Source: Alphaproteobacteria bacterium (lineage in GTDB: Bacteria; Pseudomonadota; Alphaproteobacteria; UBA828). Taken from it: DNA of 64,000 nt. The position numbers and the translations under genes are program-made. Each line of letters opens with the position of its first letter. Position 1 is the first letter of the stretch. The notes under the pieces were generated by a model. The model made no database searches, was not told the origin of the DNA, and saw only the letters and a program-made list of their open reading frames with translations. The stretch is taken from assembly GCA_965221125.1 (NCBI GenBank), contig CBDCRW010000003.1, positions 96,001-160,000 on the forward strand, read 5' to 3'. This document shows positions 21,435 through 35,680 of this stretch, in pieces.

Positions 21435-23192
21435 CTAACTCTCCTCGGGCGCGTCCTTCTCTTCTTCTGCCGTACGCGCCGCCTCTTCCTGAGTCTTGCG
21501 GTCGAGCGCGGCGCCCAGGATATCGCCAAGGCTGGCGCCGCTGTCGGTCGAGCCGTACTCCGCCATCGCCTGCTTCTCCTCCTGGACCTCCAGGGCCTTG
21601 ATGGAGAGCGAGACACGGCGGTTGTTGCGGTCGATCTGCAGCACCTTGGCATCCACCTTGTCGCCCGGCGCGAAGCGCGAGGGGCGCTGCTCGTCGCGGT
21701 CGCGCGCAAGCTCCGAGCGCTTGATGTCGCCGGGGAGCGAGCCGAAGATCTCGACCTCGACGCTGTGGTCGTGCACCGCGGTGACGGTGCAGGTCACGGT
21801 CTTGCCGCGACGGCCTTCCGCACCCTGGAAGGGATCGTCGTCGAGCTGCTTCAGGCCGAGGCCGATGCGCTCCTTCTCGACGTCGACGGTCAGCACCTTG
21901 GCCTTGACCTCGTCGCCCTTGCGGAACTTCTTCAGGGCCTCCTCGCCGGGCGTCAGCCAATCCAGGTCGGAGAGGTGCGCCATGCCGTAGATCTCGCCGG
22001 GCAGCTCGATGAAGAGGCCGAACTCGGTGATGTTCTTGATCTCGCCCTCGACGACCGTGCCCTCGGGGTGGGTCTCGGCGAAGACGATCCAGGGGTTGTC
22101 CAGGCACTGCTTGAGGCCCAGGCTCACGCGGCGCTTCTCGGGATCGACGTCGAGCACCATCACCTCGACCTCCTGGCTGGTCGAGATGATCTTGCCGGGG
22201 TGCACGTTCTTCTTGGTCCAGCTCATCTCGGAGACGTGGACCAGGCCCTCCACGCCCGGCTCGAGCTCCACGAAGGCGCCGTAATCGGTGATGTTCGTCA
22301 CCCGCCCGGTGAACTTCGTCCTGACCGGGTACTTGGCCTCGACGCCCTCCCACGGGTCGGCCTCGAGCTGCTTCATGCCGAGCGAGATGCGTTGTGTCTC
22401 CGGGTTGAAGCGGATGACCTGGACGTTGACCGTCTGCCCGATCTGGAGCGCGTCCGCCGGGTGGTTGACGCGCCGCCACGAAATGTCGGTCACGTGCAGC
22501 AGGCCGTCGACACCGCCGAGATCGACGAAGGCGCCGTAGTCGGTGATGTTCTTGACCACGCCTTCGAGCACCTGCCCCTCGTGCAGGTTCGCGATCAGCT
22601 CGTTGCGCTGCTCGGCGCGGGTGTCTTCGAGGACCGCGCGGCGGGAGACGACGATGTTGCCGCGGCGGCGGTCCATCTTGAGGATCTGGAAGGGCTGATC
22701 CGTGCCGACCAGCGGCGCGATGTCGCGCACCGGACGGATGTCGACCTGGCTGCCGGGCAGGAACGCGACGGCGCCGTCGAGGTCGACCGTGAAGCCGCCC
22801 TTGACCCGGCCGAAGATGACGCCGGTGACCCGCTCGCCGTCCTTGTAGGCCTGCTCGAGCTTCTCCCACGCCTCTTCGCGGCGTGCGCGCTCGCGGCTGA
22901 GCGAAGCCTCGCCGCGCGCGGTCTCGAAGCGCTCGATGTAGACCTCGACCTCGTCGCCGACCTTCACCTCGGCCGCCTGTCCGGGCGCCGCGAATTCCTT
23001 GAGCGGCACGCGGCCCTCGACCTTGAGCCCGACGTCGATCAGGGCCGCGTCGTTCTCGATCGCGAGAATGGTGCCCTTGACGACGCCGCCCTCGAAGCGG
23101 GGCGTGTCGTCCAGGAACTCGTCGAGCATGTCGGAGAAGGTCTCCTTGGCGGCGGTCGCCTGCTCGGTCGCTTGTGTGGTCTCGGCCGTCAT
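21435..23192 (-). CDS. rpsA: 30S ribosomal protein S1
   Basis: Repeated S1 domains (VKNITDYGAFVDLGGVDGLLH, VTNITDYGAFVE), C-terminal SGASLGDILG. Confidence 0.97.
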   Translation of the reverse strand: MTAETTQATEQATAAKETFSDMLDEFLDDTPRFEGGVVKGTILAIENDAALIDVGLKVEGRVPLKEFAAPGQAAEVKVGDEVEVYIERFETARGEASLSRERARREEAWEKLEQAYKDGERVTGVIFGRVKGGFTVDLDGAVAFLPGSQVDIRPVRDIAPLVGTDQPFQILKMDRRRGNIVVSRRAVLEDTRAEQRNELIANLHEGQVLEGVVKNITDYGAFVDLGGVDGLLHVTDISWRRVNHPADALQIGQTVNVQVIRFNPETQRISLGMKQLEADPWEGVEAKYPVRTKFTGRVTNITDYGAFVELEPGVEGLVHVSEMSWTKKNVHPGKIISTSQEVEVMVLDVDPEKRRVSLGLKQCLDNPWIVFAETHPEGTVVEGEIKNITEFGLFIELPGEIYGMAHLSDLDWLTPGEEALKKFRKGDEVKAKVLTVDVEKERIGLGLKQLDDDPFQGAEGRRGKTVTCTVTAVHDHSVEVEIFGSLPGDIKRSELARDRDEQRPSRFAPGDKVDAKVLQIDRNNRRVSLSIKALEVQEEKQAMAEYGSTDSGASLGDILGAALDRKTQEEAARTAEEEKDAPEES

Positions 23193-23300
23193 ATGATCTC
23201 CAGCATTGGCGGCGGGCGCCTTCGCGCTAGGCTTGTCGGGCGCGCGCCGCGGTCGTTGATGGGTGAACGCGTCCCGCGGGGCGGGTCTCGATACCCGTCG

Positions 23301-23957
23301 CTACAGGTGAGAAAGACGCGCATCGACGATGGCCACCGCCTGCTCGAACACGTCGTCGGGTCCGAGCGCAGTGGTATCGATCCGACATGCGTCTGCCGCC
23401 GGCTTCATCGGTGCGGCGCTGCGCCGACGGTCGCGGGCGTCGCGGGCGATTATTTCATCCAAGACGCGAGATTCTATACTCTCCACGCCGCGTGACCGCA
23501 ACTCACAAAGGCGGCGGGCAGCGCGGACTTCGGCGGTGGCCTCGAGGTAGAACTTCACCTGCGCATCGGGGCAGACGACCGTGCCGATGTCGCGGCCGTC
23601 GAGCACGGCGCCCGGCGGACGGGCCGCGAACGCGCGCTGATAGCCGAGCAGGGCCCGGCGCACGGCGCCATGCGCGGCCACGACCGAGGCGGCCTGGCCG
23701 ACATCCTCGTTGCGGAGCGCCGGGTCGCCCAAATCATCGTCGGTGATCCCGTTCGCCGCGGCTTCTGCCTCCGCCTCCGCCGCCGGGTCGCCGCCCGACC
23801 GCAGGACCCGCAGCGCCGTGGCGCGGTAGAGCGCGCCGGTGTCGAGGTGGTGCAGCCCATAATGCGCTGCCAGGCGGCGCGCGAGGGTGCCCTTGCCCAC
23901 CGCCGCCGGCCCGTCGACCGCGATCACCAGCGGCGGCGCAGGATCACCCGGCGGCAA
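23301..23957 (-). CDS. cmk: Cytidylate kinase
   Basis: IAVDGPAAVGKGT, LDTGALYRA, LDGRDIGTVVCPDA. Confidence 0.95.
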   Translation of the reverse strand: MPPGDPAPPLVIAVDGPAAVGKGTLARRLAAHYGLHHLDTGALYRATALRVLRSGGDPAAEAEAEAAANGITDDDLGDPALRNEDVGQAASVVAAHGAVRRALLGYQRAFAARPPGAVLDGRDIGTVVCPDAQVKFYLEATAEVRAARRLCELRSRGVESIESRVLDEIIARDARDRRRSAAPMKPAADACRIDTTALGPDDVFEQAVAIVDARLSHL

Positions 23958-25269
23958 TCGCGGCTCCCAGGGCGTTCATGTCGACGACGAAGCCCGGATA
24001 GCTCGTGCCGATCATGGTGCCGTCATCCACGGTCATCGGCTTCTCGCTCGCCATGCCGAGGACGAGGAACGCCATGGCGATGCGGTGATCGAGGTGGGTC
24101 GCGACGAGGCCGCCGCCGGGCGGCGGGCCGCCGCAGCCGACGATGTCGAGCCCGTCGTCGCGCTCCGTCACGCTCACGCCCGCCGCGCGAAGGCCGGAAG
24201 CGGTCGCGCCCAGCCTGTCGCTCTCCTTGACCCGGAGCTCGGCGAGGCCGTTGAGCCGCGTGGTGCCCGAAGCGCAGGCGGCGACGACGCTCAGGATGGG
24301 GTACTCGTCGATCATGCGGGGCGCCCGCTCGGCCGGCACGTCGACCGCGCGCAAGCGGCCGGCGCGCACCGCGATATCGGCGACCGGCTCGCCCGCCTGC
24401 TCGCGCAGGGAGCCCATCTCGACCTGCGCGCCCATCTCGCGCAGCGTCTCCAGCAGGCCGATCCGGGCCGGATTGATTCCCACGTTCGGGATCACGAGGT
24501 CGGAGCCCGGCACGATCAGCGCGGCGGCGAGCGGAAAGGCCGCAGCGCTCGGGTCGCCCGGCACGGTGAGCGTGCACGGCGCAAGCTCCGGATAGCCGGC
24601 AACCGATATCACGGTGCTGCCGTCCGTCTCGGTCTCGACGCCGACCCGCGCGCCGAAGAGACGCAGCAAGCGCTCGGTGTGATCGCGGCTCGCTGCGGAC
24701 TCGACCACCCGCGTCTCGCCGGGCGCGTTGAGGCCGGCGAGCAGCACCGCCGACTTCACCTGCGCGGACGGCATGGGCAGCCGGTACTCGATCGGCAGCG
24801 GATGCCGGGCGCCGATCAGCGCAAGCGGCAGTCGGCCGCCACCGCTCGCCACGAACTGCGCGCCCATCCGCTCCAGCGGCTCGATGATCCGCCCCATGGG
24901 CCGCCGCCGGAGCGAGCGGTCGCCGGTCATGAAGGTCGTGAACCCGTGGCTCGCGCAGATGCCCGCAAGCAGGCGCACGGCGGTCCCGGAATTGCCGAGG
25001 TCGAGCACGGTGCCGGGCTCGGCCAGCCCGCCGACGCCGACGCCCTGTACGCGCCAGAGGCCGTCGTCGGTCCGCTCGATGGCCGCCCCGAGAGCGCGAA
25101 GCGCAAGCGCCGTCGCCAGCACGTCTTCGCCTTCGAGCAGGCCGCTGGCACGGGTCTCGCCCACCGCGAGCGCGCCCAGCATCAGCACGCGGTGGGAGAT
25201 GGACTTGTCGCCGGGCACGGCGCAGGTCCCCGTCAACGGGCCGGCAGCGGACGAAATCAGGGGATTCAC
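23944..25269 (-). CDS. aroA: 3-phosphoshikimate 1-carboxyvinyltransferase
   Basis: PGDKSISHR, GNSGT, SAQVKSA, RDHTE, RVKESDR, DHRIAM; GTG 25269. Confidence 0.96.
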   Translation of the reverse strand: MNPLISSAAGPLTGTCAVPGDKSISHRVLMLGALAVGETRASGLLEGEDVLATALALRALGAAIERTDDGLWRVQGVGVGGLAEPGTVLDLGNSGTAVRLLAGICASHGFTTFMTGDRSLRRRPMGRIIEPLERMGAQFVASGGGRLPLALIGARHPLPIEYRLPMPSAQVKSAVLLAGLNAPGETRVVESAASRDHTERLLRLFGARVGVETETDGSTVISVAGYPELAPCTLTVPGDPSAAAFPLAAALIVPGSDLVIPNVGINPARIGLLETLREMGAQVEMGSLREQAGEPVADIAVRAGRLRAVDVPAERAPRMIDEYPILSVVAACASGTTRLNGLAELRVKESDRLGATASGLRAAGVSVTERDDGLDIVGCGGPPPGGGLVATHLDHRIAMAFLVLGMASEKPMTVDDGTMIGTSYPGFVVDMNALGAAIAAG

Positions 25270-25376
25270 TTCGGACTCTCCGGCGCAATCCTCGCGGCGC
25301 GCGCGTGCCATGAGCATGGCGTCTCTAGCACAGCGCGCCTACGCGTCAAGCAGCGCAATTTCAATCGAAAAATCGC

Positions 25377-25396
25377 TTTGACAGAAAAGTGTCAAA
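25377..25396. promoter_or_regulatory. Perfect palindrome TTTGACA-N6-TGTCAAA in the aroA/TIGR02300 divergent promoter region
   Basis: TTTGACA 25377-25383, GAAAAG, TGTCAAA 25390-25396. Confidence 0.5.
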
Positions 25397-25446
25397 CTGG
25401 CATTGGCGACGGCCAAGACTGGAACAATAAGAACGGAGGCGGGGGC

Positions 25447-25770
25447 GTGGCAAAGCGGGAATGGGGCGCCAAGCACACCTGTGTGAACTGCGGCGCGAAA
25501 TTCTACGACTTGCAGCGAAATCCGATCGCCTGTCCGAAGTGCGGCACCGAGGTCGTGGTGGAGACGGCGCGGCCGAGCCGCCGCCGTGCGCCGGCGCAGC
25601 CGGAAGTAGCGCCACCCGCCGCACCGGAAGCCACTGTCGCGGAGACCGCCGACGAAGCCTCCGATGACGACGACACCGATGAGCTGATCGACGACATCGA
25701 CAGGGACGACGATGACGACGATCTGGTCGAGGACGTCGACACCGCCAAGACCGCGCAGCCCGAACCTTGA
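25447..25770 (+). CDS. TIGR02300/FYDLN acid domain protein
   Basis: AKREWGAKHTCVNCGAKFYDLQRNPIACPKCG plus acidic tail; divergent from aroA and upstream of tRNA-Ala. Confidence 0.92.
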   Translation: MAKREWGAKHTCVNCGAKFYDLQRNPIACPKCGTEVVVETARPSRRRAPAQPEVAPPAAPEATVAETADEASDDDDTDELIDDIDRDDDDDDLVEDVDTAKTAQPEP

Positions 25771-25866
25771 CCCGCGGCCGACCCTGGCTAATTGTTGTTT
25801 GATCTTGCGTCTCGAACGGCGGAACGCCTAGGGTCCATTCCGCCGCGCGGCGGAATCGGAATTGCG

Positions 25867-25942
<76 letters not shown>

Positions 25943-25967
25943 TTCCGGCCGCAGGGGTAGCGCTACC

Positions 25968-26657
25968 GTGAGCGCGCAGAAGACCATCCTGATCGTCGAC
26001 GACGACCAGGCCCTGCGGCAGTCCCTCGCCGAACAGCTGCAGATGTACGAGGAGTTCGTGGCCAGCGAGTCGGCGACCGGGCGCGCGGCGCTCCAGGCCG
26101 TGAAGGAAGAGCGCTTCGATCTCATTCTGCTGGACATCGGCCTGCCCGACATGGACGGCCGGGAGATCTGCAAGCTCATGCGCCGCAGCGGCGTCGCCGT
26201 GCCGATCATCATGCTGACGGCCGCCGACAGCGAGGCGGACACCATCCTCGGCCTCGATTCCGGCGCGAACGACTACGTCACCAAGCCCTTCCGGCTCGGC
26301 GCGCTGCTCGCGCGCATTCGCGCCCATCTGCGCCAGCACGAGCACAGCGAGGACGCGACCTTCACGATCGGCGAGTACAGCTTCAAGCCCGCGTCGAAGC
26401 TGCTGGTCCGGCCGGACGGCACAGGCAAGATCCGCCTGACGGAGAAGGAAGCAGCGATCCTCAAGTACCTCTACCGGGCGCGCGACCGGGTGATTTCCCG
26501 CGAGGTGCTGCTGAGCGAGGTGTGGGGCTACAACGCCAACGTCGCGACCCACACGCTTGAGACGCACATCTATCGCCTGCGGCAGAAGATCGAGCCCGAG
26601 CCGTCGGCGCCCAAGCTGCTGCTCACCGAGGGCGGCGGCTACCGACTGGCCTCCTGA
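25968..26657 (+). CDS. OmpR-family DNA-binding response regulator (no adjacent kinase)
   Basis: ILIVDDD, LLDIGLPDMDG, GANDYVTKPF, wHTH LETHIYRLRQKIE. Confidence 0.93.
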   Translation: MSAQKTILIVDDDQALRQSLAEQLQMYEEFVASESATGRAALQAVKEERFDLILLDIGLPDMDGREICKLMRRSGVAVPIIMLTAADSEADTILGLDSGANDYVTKPFRLGALLARIRAHLRQHEHSEDATFTIGEYSFKPASKLLVRPDGTGKIRLTEKEAAILKYLYRARDRVISREVLLSEVWGYNANVATHTLETHIYRLRQKIEPEPSAPKLLLTEGGGYRLAS

Positions 26658-26696
26658 TCGAGAAGTTCCCACAATCGGGCACCACGTTCCCCTTCC

Positions 26697-26792
26697 CCGT
26701 CATGGCCGGGCTTGTTCCGGCCATCCACGCGTCCGCCAACCCCCGGCGGAACTGGCAGAGGGGGATGCCCGGATCAAGTCCGGGCATGACGG
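26697..26792. repeat. Alphaproteobacterial REP doublet (GTCATGGCCGGGCTTG..CCGGCCATCCAC / GGATGCCCGG.TCAAG.CCGGGCATGAC)
   Basis: Two inverted palindromic units bounded by CCGTCATG and CATGACGG between convergent genes. Confidence 0.85.
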
Positions 26793-26808
26793 CGCTTTGG
26801 GTAGAATT

Positions 26809-28536
26809 CTACTCCGCCGCTTCCGCCGCGCCGTCGAGGCCGTAGTTCTCCCGCGCCGAGTCGGCTGAGATGTAGCCCTCGGCGACGTCTTCGATCACCT
26901 GCTCGCGCGGGCGCTCGCGCGGGTCGCCCCAGCCGCCGCCGCCGGGAGTCTGGAAGCGGATCGAATCGCCCGGCCGGATGCGGACGTTGCTCCACTTGCT
27001 GGGGCTGGCCTTGCCGAAGGCCTCGTCGATCATGTGCCAGCTGGTGGTGTTGGCCTGCTGGTGCCACGTGCCGGCGAGCCCGCCGGGCTGGCCGCCGTAC
27101 AGCCCCCACGGCCGGTTGCGGTGGCGATCCGACATCTGGCTGCCCATGATCTCGGTGTCCAGGCTCTTGAGCGTGCGCTGCGTGCTGAGACCGCCGCGGT
27201 TCAGGCCGGCGCCGCCGGAATCCTGCACCAGGATGTAGGACTCGGTGCGGAAGGGGAAGCGGGTCTCGAACACCTCCACCGGCACCACGCGGCAGTTGCC
27301 GTTGATGGAATCGGTGGCGTCGTTGCCGTCCGCGAAGCTCCGCCCGCCCCAGCCCGAAAGCTCGATGGCGTAGCAGACGAAGGCCTCACCGCTCTCCTCG
27401 TCGGTGCCGCCGAAGACGAAGTTGGTGTGCGTCGCCCCCTCGGCCGCCATGGTGCGGTCGGGGATCGCCGGCGCGAGCGCGCCGATGACCGCGCCCGCGA
27501 TCTTGCAGTGGGTCTCGGTGTTGCCGCCGACCTCGGGCCCCGGATAGTCGACGTTGAGCAGGGTGCCGGGCGGCGAGACCACGCGGATCGGGCGGAAGCA
27601 GCCCGAGTTCTTCGGAATCGTCTCGTCGGTGACCTGCAGGATGCCGTTGTAGGCGGCAGAATAGGAGACGCCGAGGGTGGCGTTGATCGGCCCCAGCGCC
27701 TGCGGCGAGGTGCCGGAATAGTCGATCACCACCTCGTCGCCCTGGATGTGGACCGCCACCTTGATGTCGTAGGGCTTGCTCTCGATGCCGTCGTCCTCGA
27801 CCTGGTCCTGGAAGCGGTAGACGCCGTCCTCGATGGCGCCGATCTCCGCGCGCATGCGGCTCTCGGAGTAATCCATCAGGTCGAGCACGTTGCGGCGGAA
27901 CTGCCCCTTGCCGTACTTGCGGATCAGCTTGGCCAGCCCGCGCTCGCCCACGTCCACGCCCGCGATGAGCGCGCGCAGGTCGCCGTAGTTGTAGCGGGGG
28001 GTGCGGACGTTCGCGAGGAGCAGCTTCCACACCTCCTCCACGTCCTCGCCTCTGCTCTTGATCTTGACCGGGGGTACGCGGATGCCCTCGTGGAAGATCT
28101 CGGTCGCCTCGCCGGCGAAGGCGCCGGGCACCATGCCGCCGATCTCCTGCAGATGGCCGATGGTCATGGCGAAGCCCATGAGCTCGTCATCGACGAAGAC
28201 CGGCTTGATGAGCGTGTGCTCGGGGCAGTGCAGGCCGCCGCGGTAGGGATCGTTGTGGCAGATCACGTCGCCGGGCTCGAGGGTCTCGAGCGGGATCTCC
28301 TTCACGCAGCTGCGCACCAGCAGCGGCACGCCGCCGATCATCGACGGGCAGTACTCGGCCTGCGCGATCATCTCGCCTTGGGGGCTCGCGAGGGCGCAGG
28401 TGAAGTCCAGCGCCTCGTTGAAGATCGTCGAGTACGACGTCTTCATCAGCACGATGCCCATCTCGCGGCAGACCGCGGTCATGGTGGAATCGATGATCGA
28501 CATGGCGACCATGTCGACGTCGTGCTTCTGGGTCAT
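26809..28536 (-). CDS. Hydantoinase B/oxoprolinase family protein
   Basis: KTSYSTIFNEALDFTC, HNDPYRGGLH, EIFHEGIRVPPVK, DSGGAGLNRGG, TPGGGGWGDP. Confidence 0.93.
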   Translation of the reverse strand: MTQKHDVDMVAMSIIDSTMTAVCREMGIVLMKTSYSTIFNEALDFTCALASPQGEMIAQAEYCPSMIGGVPLLVRSCVKEIPLETLEPGDVICHNDPYRGGLHCPEHTLIKPVFVDDELMGFAMTIGHLQEIGGMVPGAFAGEATEIFHEGIRVPPVKIKSRGEDVEEVWKLLLANVRTPRYNYGDLRALIAGVDVGERGLAKLIRKYGKGQFRRNVLDLMDYSESRMRAEIGAIEDGVYRFQDQVEDDGIESKPYDIKVAVHIQGDEVVIDYSGTSPQALGPINATLGVSYSAAYNGILQVTDETIPKNSGCFRPIRVVSPPGTLLNVDYPGPEVGGNTETHCKIAGAVIGALAPAIPDRTMAAEGATHTNFVFGGTDEESGEAFVCYAIELSGWGGRSFADGNDATDSINGNCRVVPVEVFETRFPFRTESYILVQDSGGAGLNRGGLSTQRTLKSLDTEIMGSQMSDRHRNRPWGLYGGQPGGLAGTWHQQANTTSWHMIDEAFGKASPSKWSNVRIRPGDSIRFQTPGGGGWGDPRERPREQVIEDVAEGYISADSARENYGLDGAAEAAE

Positions 28537-28538
28537 GA

Positions 28539-30581
28539 TCAGGACTCCTCGGCGATGCGGCCGATCAGAAGATTGCCGTACTGATCCACCTTCATGGGTT
28601 GGCCGGGGCGCAGCACGGTCACCGAGACGGGCTCCTCGATGACCGCCGGCCCGGTGATCGCGTGGCCGTCGCGTAAGGCCGCGCGGTCGTAGATCGGCGT
28701 GTCGTGGCGGCCGTCGTCGAACACGACCGAGCGCGTGGTGACGAGCTCAGGCTTAGCCTCCGCCTTGCCGATGGTGGCGAGATCGGGCTTCTCGGTGAGC
28801 GAGACGACGGTCGCCTTGACGGTGATGACCTCGATCACCTCGCGCGGGATATTGAAGCCGAAACGCGCGAGGTGCATGTCGTGGAACGCCTGCCAGACCT
28901 TGGGCGTCGTCTCGTCGGTGAAGGAATCGAAGGCGATCGGGATCTCCAGCTCGTAGTTCTGGCCGAGGTAGCGCATCTCCAGCGAGCGGTAGATCTCGAT
29001 GTTCTTCACGTAGCCCTGCGCCTTCAGCTCGGCGATGCCGGTCTCGATCAGCGCGCTCATGACCTCGGACGCGCGCGCCTGGTCGAAGCGCTTCGACGTC
29101 ATCTGCACCGTGCGCTGCACGTCGACGCGGGCGTCGGTGAGGATGAAGCCGAAGGCCGAGAACTGGCCGGGGTAGTTGGGGATGACGCCCGACGGGATGC
29201 CGGCGTCGTTCATCAGGTCGGCCGCGTGCAGCGGGCCGGCGCCGCCGAAGGCCAGCAGCGCGAAGTCGCGCGGGTCGAGGCCGCGCTCGATCAGCACCGA
29301 GCGGAGCGCGCCCACCATGTTGTTGTTGGCGATCTGCACGACGGCGAGCGCCGTCTCCTCCACGGTGCGCCCGAGCGAGCCCGCGACGCTCGCGATCGCC
29401 TTCTCCGCCGCGGCCATGTCGAGGGCCATCTCGCCGCCGAGGAAGTTCTCAGGATTGATGCGGCCGAGCAGCAGGTTGGCGTCGGTGACCGCCGGCCGCT
29501 CGCCGCCGCTGCCGTAGCAGGCCGGGCCGGGGTTCGCGCCCGCGCTCTCTGGTCCCACGCGCAGCATGCCGCCCTTGTCGATCCAGGCGATGGAGCCGCC
29601 GCCCGCGCCGATGGTGCGGATGTCGATCATGGGGATCTGGATGGGGACGCCGAACTCCACCTCGTAGTCGGTGGTAAAATTCTCCTGCCCGCCCACGATC
29701 GTCGACGTGTCGGTGGACGTGCCGCCCATGTCGAGGGTGACGAGATGGCTGATGCCGCTCAGCTTGGCGACGTGCTTGCCCGCGATCACCCCGCCGGTGG
29801 GGCCGGAGACCGTCATCTGGATCGGCGTGCGCTGCGCCGCCTCGAAGGTCATCTCGCCGCCGTTGGACTTGATGACGACGGCCTGGTCGGTGATGCCGCT
29901 CTCGCCGAACCGCTCGCGCAGGTTGGCGACCTGCCGGTTGACCACCGGCTTCACGTAGGCGTCCGCGATGGTGGTCGACGCGCGCTCGTACTCCTTCCAC
30001 TTCGGCAGCACGTCGTAGGAGATGGAGATGGGGATGTCCGGCAGCTCCTCCTCCAGGATCTCCTTGGCGCGCCGCTCGTGGTCCGGCGTCACGTACGAGA
30101 ACAGGAAGTTCAGCGCCACCGCCTCGATGGAGCCGTCCTCCCTGATCGCCCGCGCGATGGCGCGGACCCCGTCCTCGTCCAGCGGCACGTGGACCGTGCC
30201 GTCGGACATGATCCGCTCGTTGACCTCGTAGCAGTGGCGGCGCTTGACCAGCGGCTTCGGCTTGATCCATGTGATGTCGTAGTGGCTGCGCCGGTTGCCG
30301 CGCTGGATGAAGGGGATGTCGCGGAAGCCCTCGGTCGTGACATAGGCCACCCTGGCGCCCTTGCGCTCGAGGATCGCGTTGGTGGCAACCGTGGTGCCGA
30401 GCCTGATGTTGCGGATGTCCGACGGCGCATCGAAGCGGCCCAGGCCGCCCAGGATGCCTTCGTTGGGATCGTGGGGCGTCGACAGGATCTTCCACACGTC
30501 GACCGCCCTGGTCTCCGAATTGTAGCTCACGAAGTCCGTGAACGTCCCTCCAACATCGATACCGACCAGATAGTCTGCCAA
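28539..30581 (-). CDS. Hydantoinase A/oxoprolinase family protein
   Basis: GIDVGGTFTD, GTTVATNA, DMGGTSTD, GPESAGANPGPACYG; TTG 30581 after GGGAGAG. Confidence 0.93.
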   Translation of the reverse strand: MADYLVGIDVGGTFTDFVSYNSETRAVDVWKILSTPHDPNEGILGGLGRFDAPSDIRNIRLGTTVATNAILERKGARVAYVTTEGFRDIPFIQRGNRRSHYDITWIKPKPLVKRRHCYEVNERIMSDGTVHVPLDEDGVRAIARAIREDGSIEAVALNFLFSYVTPDHERRAKEILEEELPDIPISISYDVLPKWKEYERASTTIADAYVKPVVNRQVANLRERFGESGITDQAVVIKSNGGEMTFEAAQRTPIQMTVSGPTGGVIAGKHVAKLSGISHLVTLDMGGTSTDTSTIVGGQENFTTDYEVEFGVPIQIPMIDIRTIGAGGGSIAWIDKGGMLRVGPESAGANPGPACYGSGGERPAVTDANLLLGRINPENFLGGEMALDMAAAEKAIASVAGSLGRTVEETALAVVQIANNNMVGALRSVLIERGLDPRDFALLAFGGAGPLHAADLMNDAGIPSGVIPNYPGQFSAFGFILTDARVDVQRTVQMTSKRFDQARASEVMSALIETGIAELKAQGYVKNIEIYRSLEMRYLGQNYELEIPIAFDSFTDETTPKVWQAFHDMHLARFGFNIPREVIEVITVKATVVSLTEKPDLATIGKAEAKPELVTTRSVVFDDGRHDTPIYDRAALRDGHAITGPAVIEEPVSVTVLRPGQPMKVDQYGNLLIGRIAEES

Positions 30582-30851
30582 CGCCACTCTCCCACGCGTT
30601 AGGGCGCACACCGGCCCTCCGGGCCCGGCGGTACGCCCACTCGATTGCGGCCCGGCCTCCCAGTGACTCCGGGCGGCAGGATGTTATGGGGAGAGCCGCC
30701 TTGAGGCAACCGCGAGTCCCCTGCTTGCGGACCTGGTTTGGAGGGCCTCTCCGTCGCCTGCCCTCCGCCTCGCCCGCATCGCCATGCCTTGACTCCGGGG
30801 TGCGCATCAAAGATGGACGCGCCTCAATGGTTATCCGTCCGGAGTCGCGCC

Positions 30852-31149
30852 ATGCACTGGGTCTATCTCGCGCTCGCCATCGTCTTCGAGGTCGGCGGCA
30901 CCACCTCCATGAAGCTGAGCGAAGGGCTGACCAAGCCCGTCTTCACTGTCCTGATCTTCTTCCTCTACGGGGTCAGCTTCGTGCTGTTCGCGCTTGCGCT
31001 GAAGAAGCTCGACCTCGGCCTCTCCTACGCGATCTGGGCCGGCATCGGGACGGCGGCGATCGCCGTGATCGGCTACATCTGGTTCAAGGAGCCGATGGGG
31101 CCGCTGAGAATCGGCTCCATCCTGCTCATCATCATTGGCGTGGTCGGTC

Positions 31150-31175
<26 letters not shown>
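30852..31175 (+). CDS. SMR family efflux transporter (Qac-like subtype)
   Basis: Four TMs, [18 protein letters not shown] with the conserved Glu, [10 protein letters not shown]; ATG after GGAG. Confidence 0.92.
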
Positions 31176-35670
<4,495 letters not shown>

Positions 35671-35680
35671 CTGCCCCGTG

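Noticed and set aside
30600-30851. Guanidine riboswitch upstream of the SMR gene
   Set aside because: No twin ACGR-loop hairpins or other recognisable ykkC motifs, and the protein has the Qac-like EVxGTT pattern rather than the Gdx pattern.
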